Source: a bacterium | GTDB taxonomy: Bacteria > SAR324 > NAC60-12 | DNA: 64,000 nt | Direction: 5' to 3' | NCBI GenBank assembly: GCA_965205865.1 | Contig: CBDBHR010000025.1 | Span: 160,001-224,000 of the forward strand | In this document: piece after piece, positions 1-10,174 of the stretch | Layout: every line of letters begins with the position of its first letter | Position numbering within the stretch: the stretch's first letter is position 1 | Position numbers and translations under genes: made by a program | Notes under the pieces: model-generated | Databases searched by the model: none | Seen by the model: only the letters and a program-made list of their open reading frames with translations | Told to the model about the DNA's origin: nothing

Positions 1-1446
1 CCGGACTGGTACGGCTTTCCAGAAGTAACGCACAAAATTGCGGCGTTCGTCAAAGCCTTTGATTCTAAAAACCATTCTTACAGACATACCAACATCGATT
101 TCTCCTACTTGGACATCGGTAAAATCTGTCATAAATCGTCCCCCTTTGTCAAATACAATCATCCCATAATGAGAAGGTGGGTCGATGGTATAGGTCAAAT
201 AATCCGCAGACCAACTTTGGATAGTGGCGGTTTCATTCACGAAACTGTAGGGCTCTTGGCTATGAGGGGCGGTACAGTCGGGATTCACGCAGACATCTGC
301 CCTGGGAAATTGCGGGGTGCCACATTTTGAGCAGATGCCGCCAATCAATCCCAAAAGCATATCTCGTTTTCGGTAAAGTACGGTTAAGGCGGTTTTATTG
401 TCTCGTTCTGCCCGCATTCCTTTTTCTATAGCAATCAGTCCATTGAAAGCCAGGAATTTTTGGTAGTTGCTCTCTCCCTGGCGATTTGCCAATGCTCCTC
501 GAATTCCTCTGGGCTTATGAAAAGATGCGAGATGTTCGCTGACACGGAAGAGCAGCGCATCACAGCCCTGACCAAATCCAACGACCATGATAATTTGTCC
601 CGCCTGCAGATCACCTTCGAGGGCTTGTAAAAGCATGATCAAGGGATGCGCAACTCCAGCGTCTCCGCAAGTTTTGCTCAAATTGCCACAGATGGCTTCA
701 CTGGAAATACCTGTCTTTCTTGCAACAGAATCCACTACGCGGCGAATGGTGCTGGGGAGAACGAAATGCGTGACGGCGGCGGCCGTTAGATTGGTTCTTG
801 CCAAAGCTTCGTTGATTGCTTGGGGGACGATTTTCGCGTACCCTTCATCTCGAATCCAGCGCTCTTCCCAGGCATAGTCATAAAACTGTCCTTCTCCGCG
901 GAAATGGTCCACGAAATCAACCGTGGTTGAATGTCCTCCCAGGTATTCCAAGAGAACCTGCTCATGACCCACAGTGACTGCAGCCGCTCCATCTCCAAAA
1001 GCCAACTCCTGAGGACTGGCCGCTTTGGTTTTCCGGTGTTCTGAAGCTACCACCATGATGTTCCGGTAGCTTTCTCCTTTGACCGCAGCCAATGCTTGCA
1101 TCAATGCCGAAGTGCCTGCTTTTTGTGAGGCTGTCACATCCAGGGAAGCCATATTTTCTCCCAACGTCAAGGCCTCTACCAGAATTCCCGCATTTTGCCG
1201 GTCCAGAAAAGGCAGGCTGGTAGAGACAAAATAAATTGCGTCGGGAATGCTCACACCGGTGGACAGACAATCCCGCGCCGCTTCCACCCCCATTGTCACC
1301 GCATCCTCGTCCCAATTGCACATGGACCGTTCATCCCTGGCTTTACCATGCAGCGAAGGGTCTGCCCACAGGTGTGCCTCTACAATGGATTTGCGTGCCA
1401 GTCGAAGACGGGGAATATAACCGCCAAACGAAGTTATTCCTACCAT
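1..1446 (-). CDS. HMG-CoA synthase-like (thiolase fold) protein with C-terminal Zn-ribbon/OB-fold (DUF35-like); 3' end runs off the window
   Basis: Absent from the ORF track because there is no stop in the window. Manual translation from ATG 1446 gives MVGITSFGGYIPRLRL...WDEDAVTMG, then CSKCGTPQFPRADVCVNPDC and a C-terminal RYFWKAVP. Confidence 0.85.
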   Translation of the reverse strand, partial: MVGITSFGGYIPRLRLARKSIVEAHLWADPSLHGKARDERSMCNWDEDAVTMGVEAARDCLSTGVSIPDAIYFVSTSLPFLDRQNAGILVEALTLGENMASLDVTASQKAGTSALMQALAAVKGESYRNIMVVASEHRKTKAASPQELAFGDGAAAVTVGHEQVLLEYLGGHSTTVDFVDHFRGEGQFYDYAWEERWIRDEGYAKIVPQAINEALARTNLTAAAVTHFVLPSTIRRVVDSVARKTGISSEAICGNLSKTCGDAGVAHPLIMLLQALEGDLQAGQIIMVVGFGQGCDALLFRVSEHLASFHKPRGIRGALANRQGESNYQKFLAFNGLIAIEKGMRAERDNKTALTVLYRKRDMLLGLIGGICSKCGTPQFPRADVCVNPDCTAPHSQEPYSFVNETATIQSWSADYLTYTIDPPSHYGMIVFDKGGRFMTDFTDVQVGEIDVGMSVRMVFRIKGFDERRNFVRYFWKAVPVR

Positions 1447-1799
1447 ATTGCCTTGATTCTTCTATTACCAGCAAAATCTGCGGGCGCCATTATTTAAAAA
1501 TCCCAGGATATGAAATATATCCATTTTTCCCATTTTTACCCATTGTCTCATTTGGAACCGGAATTTTATATGAGTATTGATTAACTCCAGTACGAATAGA
1601 ATTTGTTATTTTAACAAAAAATACAAGGGAATTTATAGAGAAAAGGGATTGGCCAACGAATTTAGTGGATTTGCTTGTTTCGAATGGTTGTTTGACGTAC
1701 AAAATGCCAAGCATTATCTGCCCGTGGGAGTTTGACAAACAAGGGTAGGTTCGTTATTTTGAAATACCAAATCATTGTTGCTGAATTGAAAGGCGCGCT

Positions 1800-2621
1800 G
1801 TGGATTCCTTTTTCACGTTACATCAAACCGAAATCCGCTTAGCTTGCTTTTTGGGGCTTTTTTTTGTATTGGCTCTCTCAGAAATCCGCAAGCCTCGCAT
1901 ACACTTGACGGTTTCCAAGGCATCCCGCTGGGTCAGCAATTTGGGGTTGACAATATTGAGTTCCCTGGTTGTCATGATTCCGGGGTTATTGACCCCTGTA
2001 TTTGTTGCCCATCTTGCGGAACAATGGCATTGGGGGATTCTACGGCAGGGGGAAATACCAGAGCCTCTCAAAATCGTGGTTGCCATTCTTTTGCTGGATC
2101 TTGTTATTTTCGGGCAACACGTACTCTTCCACAAAATTCCACTCTGTTGGAGACTGCACCGGGTCCATCACACAGATATGAATTTTGACGTGACCACGGG
2201 CGTGCGTTTTCATCCTTTTGAGATTCTGCTTTCCCTGCTAATCAAAATATTGGCCATTGTTGTGATTGGAGCGCCGCCACTGGCCGTTTTGCTTTTTGAA
2301 ATCTTCCTCAATGGTTCCTCCATGTTCAATCACAGCAATCTCTTCCTACCCCCGACAGTGGACCGCATTGTCCGGAAATTCATCGTCACCCCGGACATGC
2401 ACCGAGTCCATCACTCGGTGATTCCGTATGAGACAGACAGTAATTTTGGATTCAATTTTCCCTGGTGGGACTGGTTATTTGGCACATATCGTGATCAACC
2501 GGAATCCGGACATGAACAAATGACCATCGGACTGGAAGAGTTCCGTAATACTGACTCCCTGAAATTACCCGGATTGCTGATTCAGCCTTTTATCCAAGTG
2601 GTTCAGGAAAAACGGTATTGA
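1800..2621 (+). CDS. Sterol desaturase / fatty acid hydroxylase family membrane protein
   Basis: His boxes HVLFH, HRVHH, FNHSN and HRVHHS; NFGFNFPWWDWLFGTY; hydrophobic helices. Confidence 0.9.
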   Translation: MDSFFTLHQTEIRLACFLGLFFVLALSEIRKPRIHLTVSKASRWVSNLGLTILSSLVVMIPGLLTPVFVAHLAEQWHWGILRQGEIPEPLKIVVAILLLDLVIFGQHVLFHKIPLCWRLHRVHHTDMNFDVTTGVRFHPFEILLSLLIKILAIVVIGAPPLAVLLFEIFLNGSSMFNHSNLFLPPTVDRIVRKFIVTPDMHRVHHSVIPYETDSNFGFNFPWWDWLFGTYRDQPESGHEQMTIGLEEFRNTDSLKLPGLLIQPFIQVVQEKRY

Positions 2622-2735
2622 CGGTCAATATCCTGAAGTTTGCGCTTGGAAATCGAAGAGGATTTGATAAAGTGTTTAAAACCAATGAAAATGTGGAAAA
2701 CATTTATCAGCTAATTTTAAGAAGTCAGGAGCATT

Positions 2736-3197
2736 ATGAGTGAAAATGAAGCAAAAGAATCGATTCAAAAGGAGAAAGAAACTGTCTTGCATAACATGAA
2801 AGAGCGGATGGGGAAATTGACCGTGATTTCCCAAACCATGTTGACGGAAGCTCAAGAACGGGTGAAAACAGATTTGTCCGTTTTGGAGAAAAAATGGGAA
2901 ACTGCTCGGGGCAGCTTAGAAAAAATCGGAAGTACCACCACATGGCAGGAAATAGCCACCGGCTTTGAAGAAGCATGGGAAGATTTGAGCCGGCACTTCG
3001 GTAAGGCTATCTCTCGCTTTAAAAAAGAGGGCATCTCCTTTCGGGATCAATGGAATTTTTACCAGGACTCTTCTCAGAAATGGCGGTGGCGTAGATCCGA
3101 TTTGGATGACCAAATAGTCGGGACTTCCCATACTGGCTTTTCCACACGAGAAGCCTGTGAGGAAAATGCCAGACGCCATGGTTATGAAGGGAATTGA
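2736..3197 (+). CDS. Coiled-coil protein with C-terminal DUF1508/YegP-like domain
   Basis: SD AGGAG; C-terminal WNFYQDSSQKWRWR...IVGTSHTGFSTREACEENARRHG fits the DUF1508 pattern. Confidence 0.6.
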   Translation: MSENEAKESIQKEKETVLHNMKERMGKLTVISQTMLTEAQERVKTDLSVLEKKWETARGSLEKIGSTTTWQEIATGFEEAWEDLSRHFGKAISRFKKEGISFRDQWNFYQDSSQKWRWRRSDLDDQIVGTSHTGFSTREACEENARRHGYEGN

Positions 3198-3226
3198 AAG
3201 CGTCAGGGATGGTTGGCCAGCCTTCC

Positions 3227-3703
3227 CTATGGCAGATTGGCATATTTGCCTTGCGCAAATAGCAGGGGCTTCCCTTCTCTCTGCTCAAAGCGTAACACCT
3301 GCCCCAACAGGATCACGTGATCTCCTCCATCAATACGTGAACTGATCTCGCATTCGATTGATGCCAGCGTATCTGGTAGGATAGGGCATCCGTTTTCTCC
3401 AATTTGCCAGGAAAGACCATTGAGGTGGCGCTTATTGTCCGGATCCGCAAAGCGGTTTGACAAACCCAGTTGGGAGTCGGAGAGGATATTGACGGTGTAA
3501 TGAGTCGCGACTGCAAAGGTACCATAGGAGGACGAATCCCTTGCCAGACTCCATAAAACCAGCGGCGGGTCAAGAGAGACGGAGGCAAAAGAATTTGCGG
3601 TGATTCCGATGGGGTCATGGCCTTCCGAGGCAGTGGTGATGATTGTCACTCCAGTGGCGAAACATCCCAGCGTATCTCTCAGTTCTCGCGTATCAAATTT
3701 CAT
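3227..3703 (-). CDS. Flavin reductase family protein
   Basis: LGCFATGVTII, TANSFASVSLDPPLV, GGDHVILLG. Confidence 0.92.
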   Translation of the reverse strand: MKFDTRELRDTLGCFATGVTIITTASEGHDPIGITANSFASVSLDPPLVLWSLARDSSSYGTFAVATHYTVNILSDSQLGLSNRFADPDNKRHLNGLSWQIGENGCPILPDTLASIECEISSRIDGGDHVILLGQVLRFEQREGKPLLFAQGKYANLP

Positions 3704-4027
3704 GCAATCTTCTCTGTTTGTTCCCTGACGGCCTTTTTACGAACACAGGACTCTGATTCCCGAAAATATACCAGCCAACTTCAGAGATTTTGATGAAATA
3801 TAACTGATCCTGAATGCTGATGTAAAGCGATTATATAAATTCCGGGGAAAATAACCGCTTTCATTTGAACTGGACTGTGTTCAAAATATGAAGAATAAAT
3901 GAACCAGGACCAATCCATCCCCATCATTTTTTATATTTTATGAGAGAGCTTTGTTTAAACCGACATGGTATTATACCTGGACAATTCGGTCATTTGACGA
4001 GTTTCGAGATTAAGGAAAAGAGAAGTG

Positions 4028-4049
4028 CGATAAAAAATGCGATTTATCG
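4028..4049. promoter_or_regulatory. Palindromic operator candidate upstream of the cox promoter
   Basis: CGATAAA-N8-TTTATCG, 9 bp upstream of the -35 box. Confidence 0.45.
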
Positions 4050-4058
4050 AAAATTGCA

Positions 4059-4087
4059 TTGACTCCCCTGCAATAATGAGTTATAAT
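4059..4087 (+). promoter_or_regulatory. sigma70-type promoter of the cox operon
   Basis: TTGACT-N17-TATAAT. Confidence 0.7.
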
Positions 4088-4236
4088 GAGCAAAAGCAAC
4101 CCTCAAAAGGATTGCATATAGTTGGTTGAGTTCGCTTTAAAATGTTTTATCAGCAATGCCACCGCTTGCGTTGCTGTTGAATATTGTGTGCCAGAATCAT
4201 CACTTTCAAAACGTTTTAACAGAGAGAGGTATTTCT

Positions 4237-4707
4237 ATGGGAGTAGGTATCAGTGTTACCGTGAACGGTCGGGTTCATCAAAAAGAGGTCGAACCTCGTA
4301 TGCTCCTGGTTGATTTTATCCGGGAAGAAGTCGGTTTGACCGGAACAAACATTGGATGCGACACATCCCAGTGCGGAGCTTGCACGATCCACATGGATGG
4401 CATGGCCGTTAAATCCTGTACCGCTCTGGCGGTTCAGGCGGATGGCGTAGAGATCACGACTATTGAAGGACTGGCAAAAAACGGGGAATTGCATCCCATG
4501 CAACAAGCTTTTTGGGACCACCATGGTTTGCAGTGCGGATTTTGTACGCCCGGCATGATTATGGCGGCGACCAAAATGGTCGAACGCAATCCCAATATCA
4601 CCGAAGAAGAAATTCGGCATGGATTGGAAGGGAATATTTGCCGGTGTACAGGATACGATAATATTGTCAAAGCAATTCAAGCTGCATCTGCAGCAGGAGG
4701 TGTCTAA
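4237..4707 (+). CDS. coxS: CO dehydrogenase/xanthine dehydrogenase family small (2Fe-2S) subunit
   Basis: [30 protein letters not shown] 4237 follows GAGAGG. Confidence 0.92.
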   Translation: MGVGISVTVNGRVHQKEVEPRMLLVDFIREEVGLTGTNIGCDTSQCGACTIHMDGMAVKSCTALAVQADGVEITTIEGLAKNGELHPMQQAFWDHHGLQCGFCTPGMIMAATKMVERNPNITEEEIRHGLEGNICRCTGYDNIVKAIQAASAAGGV

Positions 4708-7058
4708 TGGGTAAATATGTTGGTCAGGAAGTCAGGCGGGTGGAAGACCCGAGATTCATAATGGGTAAAGGGAGGTATGTTACCAATTTAAACATACGGG
4801 GAATGGCATACGCAGCAATTTTGCGCAGTCCACATGCCCATGCGAAAATTCAGGGAATTGATGTGGCAGACGCCAAGCAATTGAAGGGTGTGGTTTCTGT
4901 TTTTACCGGACAGGACTTGGCGGATGCCGAAGTGGGCACTCTCCCTTGTGGTTTTGTTCCACCGGATATCAAAATGCCAGCTTATCCGGCATTGGCCACG
5001 GAAAAAGTTCGTTACGTCGGTCAACCGGTGGTGGTGGTCATTGCGGAATCACGTTACATTGCGCAGGATGCATTGGATCATGTCTATGTGGATTATGAGG
5101 TACTCGATGCTGTTGTGAATGCCAAAGAAGCTACAGCAGATGGCGCACCTCAGCTTCATGAAGACGTCTCCAACAACACCAGTTTTTTCTGGGCTCTGGG
5201 AGACAAAGATGCGACAGATAAGGCGATAGCGGAAGCGGATAAGGTTATTGAACTCGATTTGATCAACCAGCGTCTCATCCCCAATGCTATGGAACCTCGG
5301 GCCGTGGTAGCGCAATGGGATGACTTCAGTGACGAAATGACGGTCTGGACAACCTCCCAGAATCCGCATGTGATCCGTATCTTGATGAGCGTATACACAC
5401 TCTTTATTCCGGAAAACAAGCTACGGGTAATTTCTCCTGATGTGGGAGGAGGGTTTGGCAGCAAAATATTTCATTATCCGGAAGAAGTCGTCATCCCCTG
5501 GGCTGCTCGAGAGATCAACCGACCCATCAAATGGGTCGCCATACGTAGTGAATCTTTTGTTTCGGATGCGCATGGCCGGGACCATGTCACCAACGCCAAA
5601 TTGGCTGTCAAGAGCGATGGGACCTTTAGCGGATTGAAAGTCACCAACTACGCCAATATGGGTGGTTATCTTTCCCTCTTCGCCCCTATGATTCCAACAG
5701 CACTCTATATTACGCTCTTTGCGGGATTGTACAAAACACCAGCGATCTATGGCGAGACCTATGGGACGATGACTAACACCACCCCCGTGGATGCATATCG
5801 TGGCGCAGGACGTCCGGAAGCCAGCTACATGCTGGAACGTTTGGTCAGTAATGCCGCGCAAGAACTGAATCTGGATGCTATGGAAATTCGTCGTAAAAAT
5901 CTCATCCAACCGGATGAATTTCCTTACCAAACCCCTGTCGCGCTGGTCTATGACAGCGGGAATTATCCTGCCCTTTTTGATAAAGCAGAAACTGTTTCCG
6001 GATACCAGGCGATGCGGGAAACACAGAGACAGGACCGCAGTGAAGGCAAACTGGTAGGGATTGGCATCAGTTCCTGTATTGAAGCTTGCGGAGTTGCCCC
6101 TTCGAAAGTCGTCATCGGTTTAGGCGCGGGTGTTGGTTTGTGGGAAAGCGGCACTATTCGTGTACATCCCACTGGCAAAGTCAGTGTCTTCACTGGAAAT
6201 CACAGCCATGGTCAAGGACACGAAACCTCCTTTTCCCAAGTTGTTGCCGATCAATTGGGAATTCCCATGGAAGACATTGAAGTCATCCATGGTGATACCG
6301 GTCGCACGTCTTTTGGATTGGGAACATATGGAAGCCGTAGCAATGTCGGAGCCGCAGCCCTTGTCAAGAGTGCGGAAAAAATCCGCGAGAAAGTGACTAA
6401 AATTGCAGCTCATCAATTGGAAGCAGCCGTGGAAGACATGGTATATGATCAGGACAACGGCAGCATTTATGTGAAAGGCGCTCCTGATAAGGCAAAAGCA
6501 TTTGGTGAGATCGCCTTTGCCACGCTTACGGCGCATGAGCTTCCTGAAGGAATGGAACCGGGTTTGGAAGAGACCAGTTTTTACGACCCGGAAAATTTCG
6601 TCTTTCCCAATAGCGTGCATGTCAGCATGGTTGAGGTGGATCCGGATACTGGAGAAGTGACCTTGAAGGACTATACCGCAATTGATGATGTCGGCAAAGC
6701 GATCAATCCCATGATTGTCAAAGGTCAAATTCAAGGTGGTATTGCCCAGGGGGTCGGTCAAGCTTTGTGGGAGCACGCCATTTATGATCAGGAGGGGCAA
6801 CTGCTTTCCGGGTCTTTGATGGATTACGCAATGCCCAAGGCGAGTGGGTTGGTAAGCTACAAAGTGGATCGTACGGAAACTCCGTCTCCTCACAATCCAT
6901 TGGGAGTCAAGGGCGTGGGGGAAATGGGAACTATCGCCTCTACTCCTGCCGTTGCCAATGCAGTGATGGATGCTTTAGCGCCCTTGGGAATCAAGCACGT
7001 AGATTTGCCATTGACTGCTGAACGAATTTGGAATGCCATCCATAACAGTGGAAATTAA
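4707..7058 (+). CDS. coxL: Molybdopterin large subunit, form II CoxL-like
   Basis: Active-site loop AYRGAGR, VGGGFGSK, HGQGHET, GVKGVGE; S-L-M gene order. Confidence 0.88.
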   Translation: MGKYVGQEVRRVEDPRFIMGKGRYVTNLNIRGMAYAAILRSPHAHAKIQGIDVADAKQLKGVVSVFTGQDLADAEVGTLPCGFVPPDIKMPAYPALATEKVRYVGQPVVVVIAESRYIAQDALDHVYVDYEVLDAVVNAKEATADGAPQLHEDVSNNTSFFWALGDKDATDKAIAEADKVIELDLINQRLIPNAMEPRAVVAQWDDFSDEMTVWTTSQNPHVIRILMSVYTLFIPENKLRVISPDVGGGFGSKIFHYPEEVVIPWAAREINRPIKWVAIRSESFVSDAHGRDHVTNAKLAVKSDGTFSGLKVTNYANMGGYLSLFAPMIPTALYITLFAGLYKTPAIYGETYGTMTNTTPVDAYRGAGRPEASYMLERLVSNAAQELNLDAMEIRRKNLIQPDEFPYQTPVALVYDSGNYPALFDKAETVSGYQAMRETQRQDRSEGKLVGIGISSCIEACGVAPSKVVIGLGAGVGLWESGTIRVHPTGKVSVFTGNHSHGQGHETSFSQVVADQLGIPMEDIEVIHGDTGRTSFGLGTYGSRSNVGAAALVKSAEKIREKVTKIAAHQLEAAVEDMVYDQDNGSIYVKGAPDKAKAFGEIAFATLTAHELPEGMEPGLEETSFYDPENFVFPNSVHVSMVEVDPDTGEVTLKDYTAIDDVGKAINPMIVKGQIQGGIAQGVGQALWEHAIYDQEGQLLSGSLMDYAMPKASGLVSYKVDRTETPSPHNPLGVKGVGEMGTIASTPAVANAVMDALAPLGIKHVDLPLTAERIWNAIHNSGN

Positions 7059-7070
7059 AGGAGGTGAGAT

Positions 7071-7925
7071 ATGTACCCAGCAAAATTTGATTATTACCGT
7101 GCAGTATCCGTAACAGAAGCCCTCTCGTTGATGCAAAGACACGAAGGCGCCAGGTTTTTGGCAGGTGGCCACAGTTTAATTCCCGTAATGAAGCTGCGGC
7201 TGTCAGATCCGGATGTCCTTATTGATATTGGGCGCATTGCCGAATTAAGAGGTATTTCCGCTCGCAATGGTACGGTCCATATTGGTTCTTTGACACCCCA
7301 CGTCGAGCTTGCTGATTCGGGCATAGTCCCAACAGGGATGTCCGAAGCTGCAGGAGGAATTGGTGATCCTCAGGTACGCAACCGGGGAACTATCGGGGGG
7401 AATATTGCTCATGCCGACCCGGCTTCCGATTGGCCGACTGTCTTGACGGCATTGGAAGCTACCATACATATCCGGGGAACTGCTGGAGAACGCACCGTGA
7501 GGGCCAGTGAATTTTTCGTCGACCTTTTTGAGACATCTCTGCAGGAAGGTGAATTGATCACAGGTATTTCGGTTGTCAGTCATGGTACTGGAACCGGTTC
7601 TGCTTATGCAAAGATGTTCCATCCTGCTTCCGGGTATGCCATTGTAGGCGCCGCTGCGGTAGTGACGGCATCCGGTGGACAATGTAGTTCTGCCGGCGTA
7701 GCAGTCGGAGGGTTGACCAATTCCGCAAAAAAAGTGCCATCAGTGGCAGCAATCCTTGCAGGGAAAGCCTTGAGTGAGAACAATTTTGCTGCTGCTGCTG
7801 ATTCAGTATTGAATGATCTTGGTGATGATATCATTGGCGATTTTCACGCCAGTGCCGATTATCGCAAAGCCATGATCAAGGTGTATGTTAAGCGAGCTTT
7901 GAGCGTTGCTGCAGAACGCGCCTGA
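7071..7925 (+). CDS. coxM: FAD-binding medium subunit
   Basis: LAGGHSLIP, QVRNRGTIGGNIAHADPASD. Confidence 0.92.
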   Translation: MYPAKFDYYRAVSVTEALSLMQRHEGARFLAGGHSLIPVMKLRLSDPDVLIDIGRIAELRGISARNGTVHIGSLTPHVELADSGIVPTGMSEAAGGIGDPQVRNRGTIGGNIAHADPASDWPTVLTALEATIHIRGTAGERTVRASEFFVDLFETSLQEGELITGISVVSHGTGTGSAYAKMFHPASGYAIVGAAAVVTASGGQCSSAGVAVGGLTNSAKKVPSVAAILAGKALSENNFAAAADSVLNDLGDDIIGDFHASADYRKAMIKVYVKRALSVAAERA

Positions 7926-8000
7926 TTGGCAATCTTGTTCTTTGGGCACATCCGATACAATCGGTTCTGCCTGGAAGTGGGCAGAAGGCAGAGGTAACCC

Positions 8001-8918
8001 TTGAACCCTCATCAATACTTTGAGTCCATCGATCAAGTGCAACATTCGTTGCAATCGCAAAATTACGTGTCGGATCGTAGTCTGACCACTTCTATTTACC
8101 TGGCGTTGAAACTGGGAAAACCGCTCTTTCTGGAAGGAGAAGCTGGTGTTGGAAAAACGGAGATTGCCAAAGTCCTTGCTACCATGCTCGAACGTGCCTT
8201 GATTCGTTTGCAATGTTATGAAGGGTTGGATGTCAACACTGCTGTTTATGAGTGGAATTATACGCGGCAAATGCTTGAAATTCGACTCTTGGAAGCAACA
8301 GGAGAGGTCAGTCAGAAACAAGCCCTGGATAAAATTTTTGGTCCGGAATTTTTACTCAAGCGACCTCTTCTGCAAGCGATTGAACCGATCAACGGCGTGG
8401 AACCGGTTTTGCTGATTGATGAATTGGATCGCGCCGATGAGGAATTTGAAGCATTTCTTTTAGAACTCTTGTCGGATTTCCAAGTCACGGTTCCGGAAAT
8501 TGGAACGCTCAAGGCTGAAAAACCGCCGGTGGTGATTATCACGTCCAACCGGACCCGGGAAATCCATGATGCCTTGAAACGCCGTTGCCTGTATCACTGG
8601 ATCGGCTATCCATCCTTTGAAAAAGAATACAATATCGTACTGGCTAAAGTGCCTGAAGCTCCGGAACAATTGGCAAAAGAAGTTGTGGTCTTTGTCCAGG
8701 AGTTAAGGCAGGTCGAACTGTACAAGCTTCCGGGAGTGGCCGAAACGCTGGATTGGATCTCTGCGCTTGTGGCACTGGACCGGGAAGATCTCAGTGAAGA
8801 GGCGGTCAACGACACATTGGGAGTATTGCTCAAATATCAGGACGACATCCTGCAGACCCAGGGAGCCCTTGTCCAACAAATCATGGGCCGGGTCAATGGC
8901 CATGCCGGGGAAGCATGA
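8001..8918 (+). CDS. coxD: MoxR-family AAA+ ATPase (CoxD-like)
   Basis: GEAGVGKT, RLQCYEGLD, LLIDELDR, TSNRTREIHDALKRRC. Confidence 0.9.
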   Translation: MNPHQYFESIDQVQHSLQSQNYVSDRSLTTSIYLALKLGKPLFLEGEAGVGKTEIAKVLATMLERALIRLQCYEGLDVNTAVYEWNYTRQMLEIRLLEATGEVSQKQALDKIFGPEFLLKRPLLQAIEPINGVEPVLLIDELDRADEEFEAFLLELLSDFQVTVPEIGTLKAEKPPVVIITSNRTREIHDALKRRCLYHWIGYPSFEKEYNIVLAKVPEAPEQLAKEVVVFVQELRQVELYKLPGVAETLDWISALVALDREDLSEEAVNDTLGVLLKYQDDILQTQGALVQQIMGRVNGHAGEA

Positions 8919-10105
8919 GTGAAAACGAGCAGGGGCATTTACTGAGAAATTTCCTGTTATTTGGGAGGTTACTGCGTGGATTGGGTGCGCCAATCACCCT
9001 CACGCAGATTTTAGATATGGTGGAAGCTTTGCGCCATGTTGAGCTGCGCTCTCGCGAAGATTTCAAAAACAGCGCCCGCACTCTCCTCATAAACAAGCAC
9101 GAATACATACCTCTCTTTGACCGGGCATTCGACTTGTTCTGGCAGGCCCGCGACGAAGGAAGGCTCCTGAATTTGGATCTGAGAAAGCTGGCTCCTCGAC
9201 CTCCGGAATTGAAAAAAGTTATTGAGTTTACTCCCTTCAACGACAACGAACAAATCAGCCCTGAAAGCGAATCCAACGAAACGATAATTGACACCATCCA
9301 AACCTTCAGCATCCGGGAAGCGCTGCGTCAGAAAGATTTTGCCGATCTCACTCCAGTGGAACTCGAAGAAGTCAAACAGTTGATTCAGTCCATGAATTGG
9401 AACTTGGAGCAGCGGCGCACCCGACGAAGAGCTCGGGCACCACGCAAAGTCTATTTGGACATGCGTCGTACCTTCCGTCACAATCTTCGTTTTGGAGGAG
9501 AAATCCTTCAGTTAACCTGGCGCGACCGCAAATTGAAACGCCGTCCACTTGTGGTCATTTGCGACATCAGTGGTTCAATGGATCGTTACTCTCGGGTCTT
9601 GCTCAAGTTTATCTATGCTCTCAGCAACGGTCCGGACCATGTAGAGGCTTTTGTTTTCAGTACTCAGCTGACACGTATTACCCGTCAGATTCGCGGTCAT
9701 GATATCGATGATGCCTTGGATCATGCCACTGCCTCAATTCATGACTGGGCCGGGGGGACCCGGATTGGTGAAGTGTTAAAAACTTTCAATTATCAATGGG
9801 GACGGCGGGTGCTGGGACAAGGAGCCGTTGTGCTCATCATCAGCGATGGCTGGGATCGAGGTGACCCGCAGGTGCTTGGTCACGAACTGAGTCGCCTGCA
9901 ACTCAGTTCTCAACGTTTGATATGGCTCAATCCACTCTTGGGGTCCGCAAATTACGAACCCCTCACACGTGGCATGCAAGCAGCGCTTCCTTATATTGAC
10001 GATTTTCTACCAATTCACAATCTGGCAAGTTTGGAACAACTGGGATATTTGTTCGCGCGATTGGGAGAACGCAAACCCGCCCGTCGGCACCAAGCCGGTC
10101 TTTGA
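8915..10105 (+). CDS. coxE: VWA-domain protein (CoxE-like)
   Basis: MIDAS motif CDISGSM, GGTRIG, ISDGWDRGD, WLNPL; ATGA overlap with coxD. Confidence 0.88.
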   Translation: MSENEQGHLLRNFLLFGRLLRGLGAPITLTQILDMVEALRHVELRSREDFKNSARTLLINKHEYIPLFDRAFDLFWQARDEGRLLNLDLRKLAPRPPELKKVIEFTPFNDNEQISPESESNETIIDTIQTFSIREALRQKDFADLTPVELEEVKQLIQSMNWNLEQRRTRRRARAPRKVYLDMRRTFRHNLRFGGEILQLTWRDRKLKRRPLVVICDISGSMDRYSRVLLKFIYALSNGPDHVEAFVFSTQLTRITRQIRGHDIDDALDHATASIHDWAGGTRIGEVLKTFNYQWGRRVLGQGAVVLIISDGWDRGDPQVLGHELSRLQLSSQRLIWLNPLLGSANYEPLTRGMQAALPYIDDFLPIHNLASLEQLGYLFARLGERKPARRHQAGL

Positions 10106-10174
10106 ACCCCTTCGGATAAAACTCGGTTCAGGATTTCTAAAGCACTTTATTTGAGATGACTACCCTGGACATCG

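Noticed and set aside
4707-7058. Bona fide (form I) CO dehydrogenase
   Set aside because: Lacks AYXCSFR and the M-S-L gene order.
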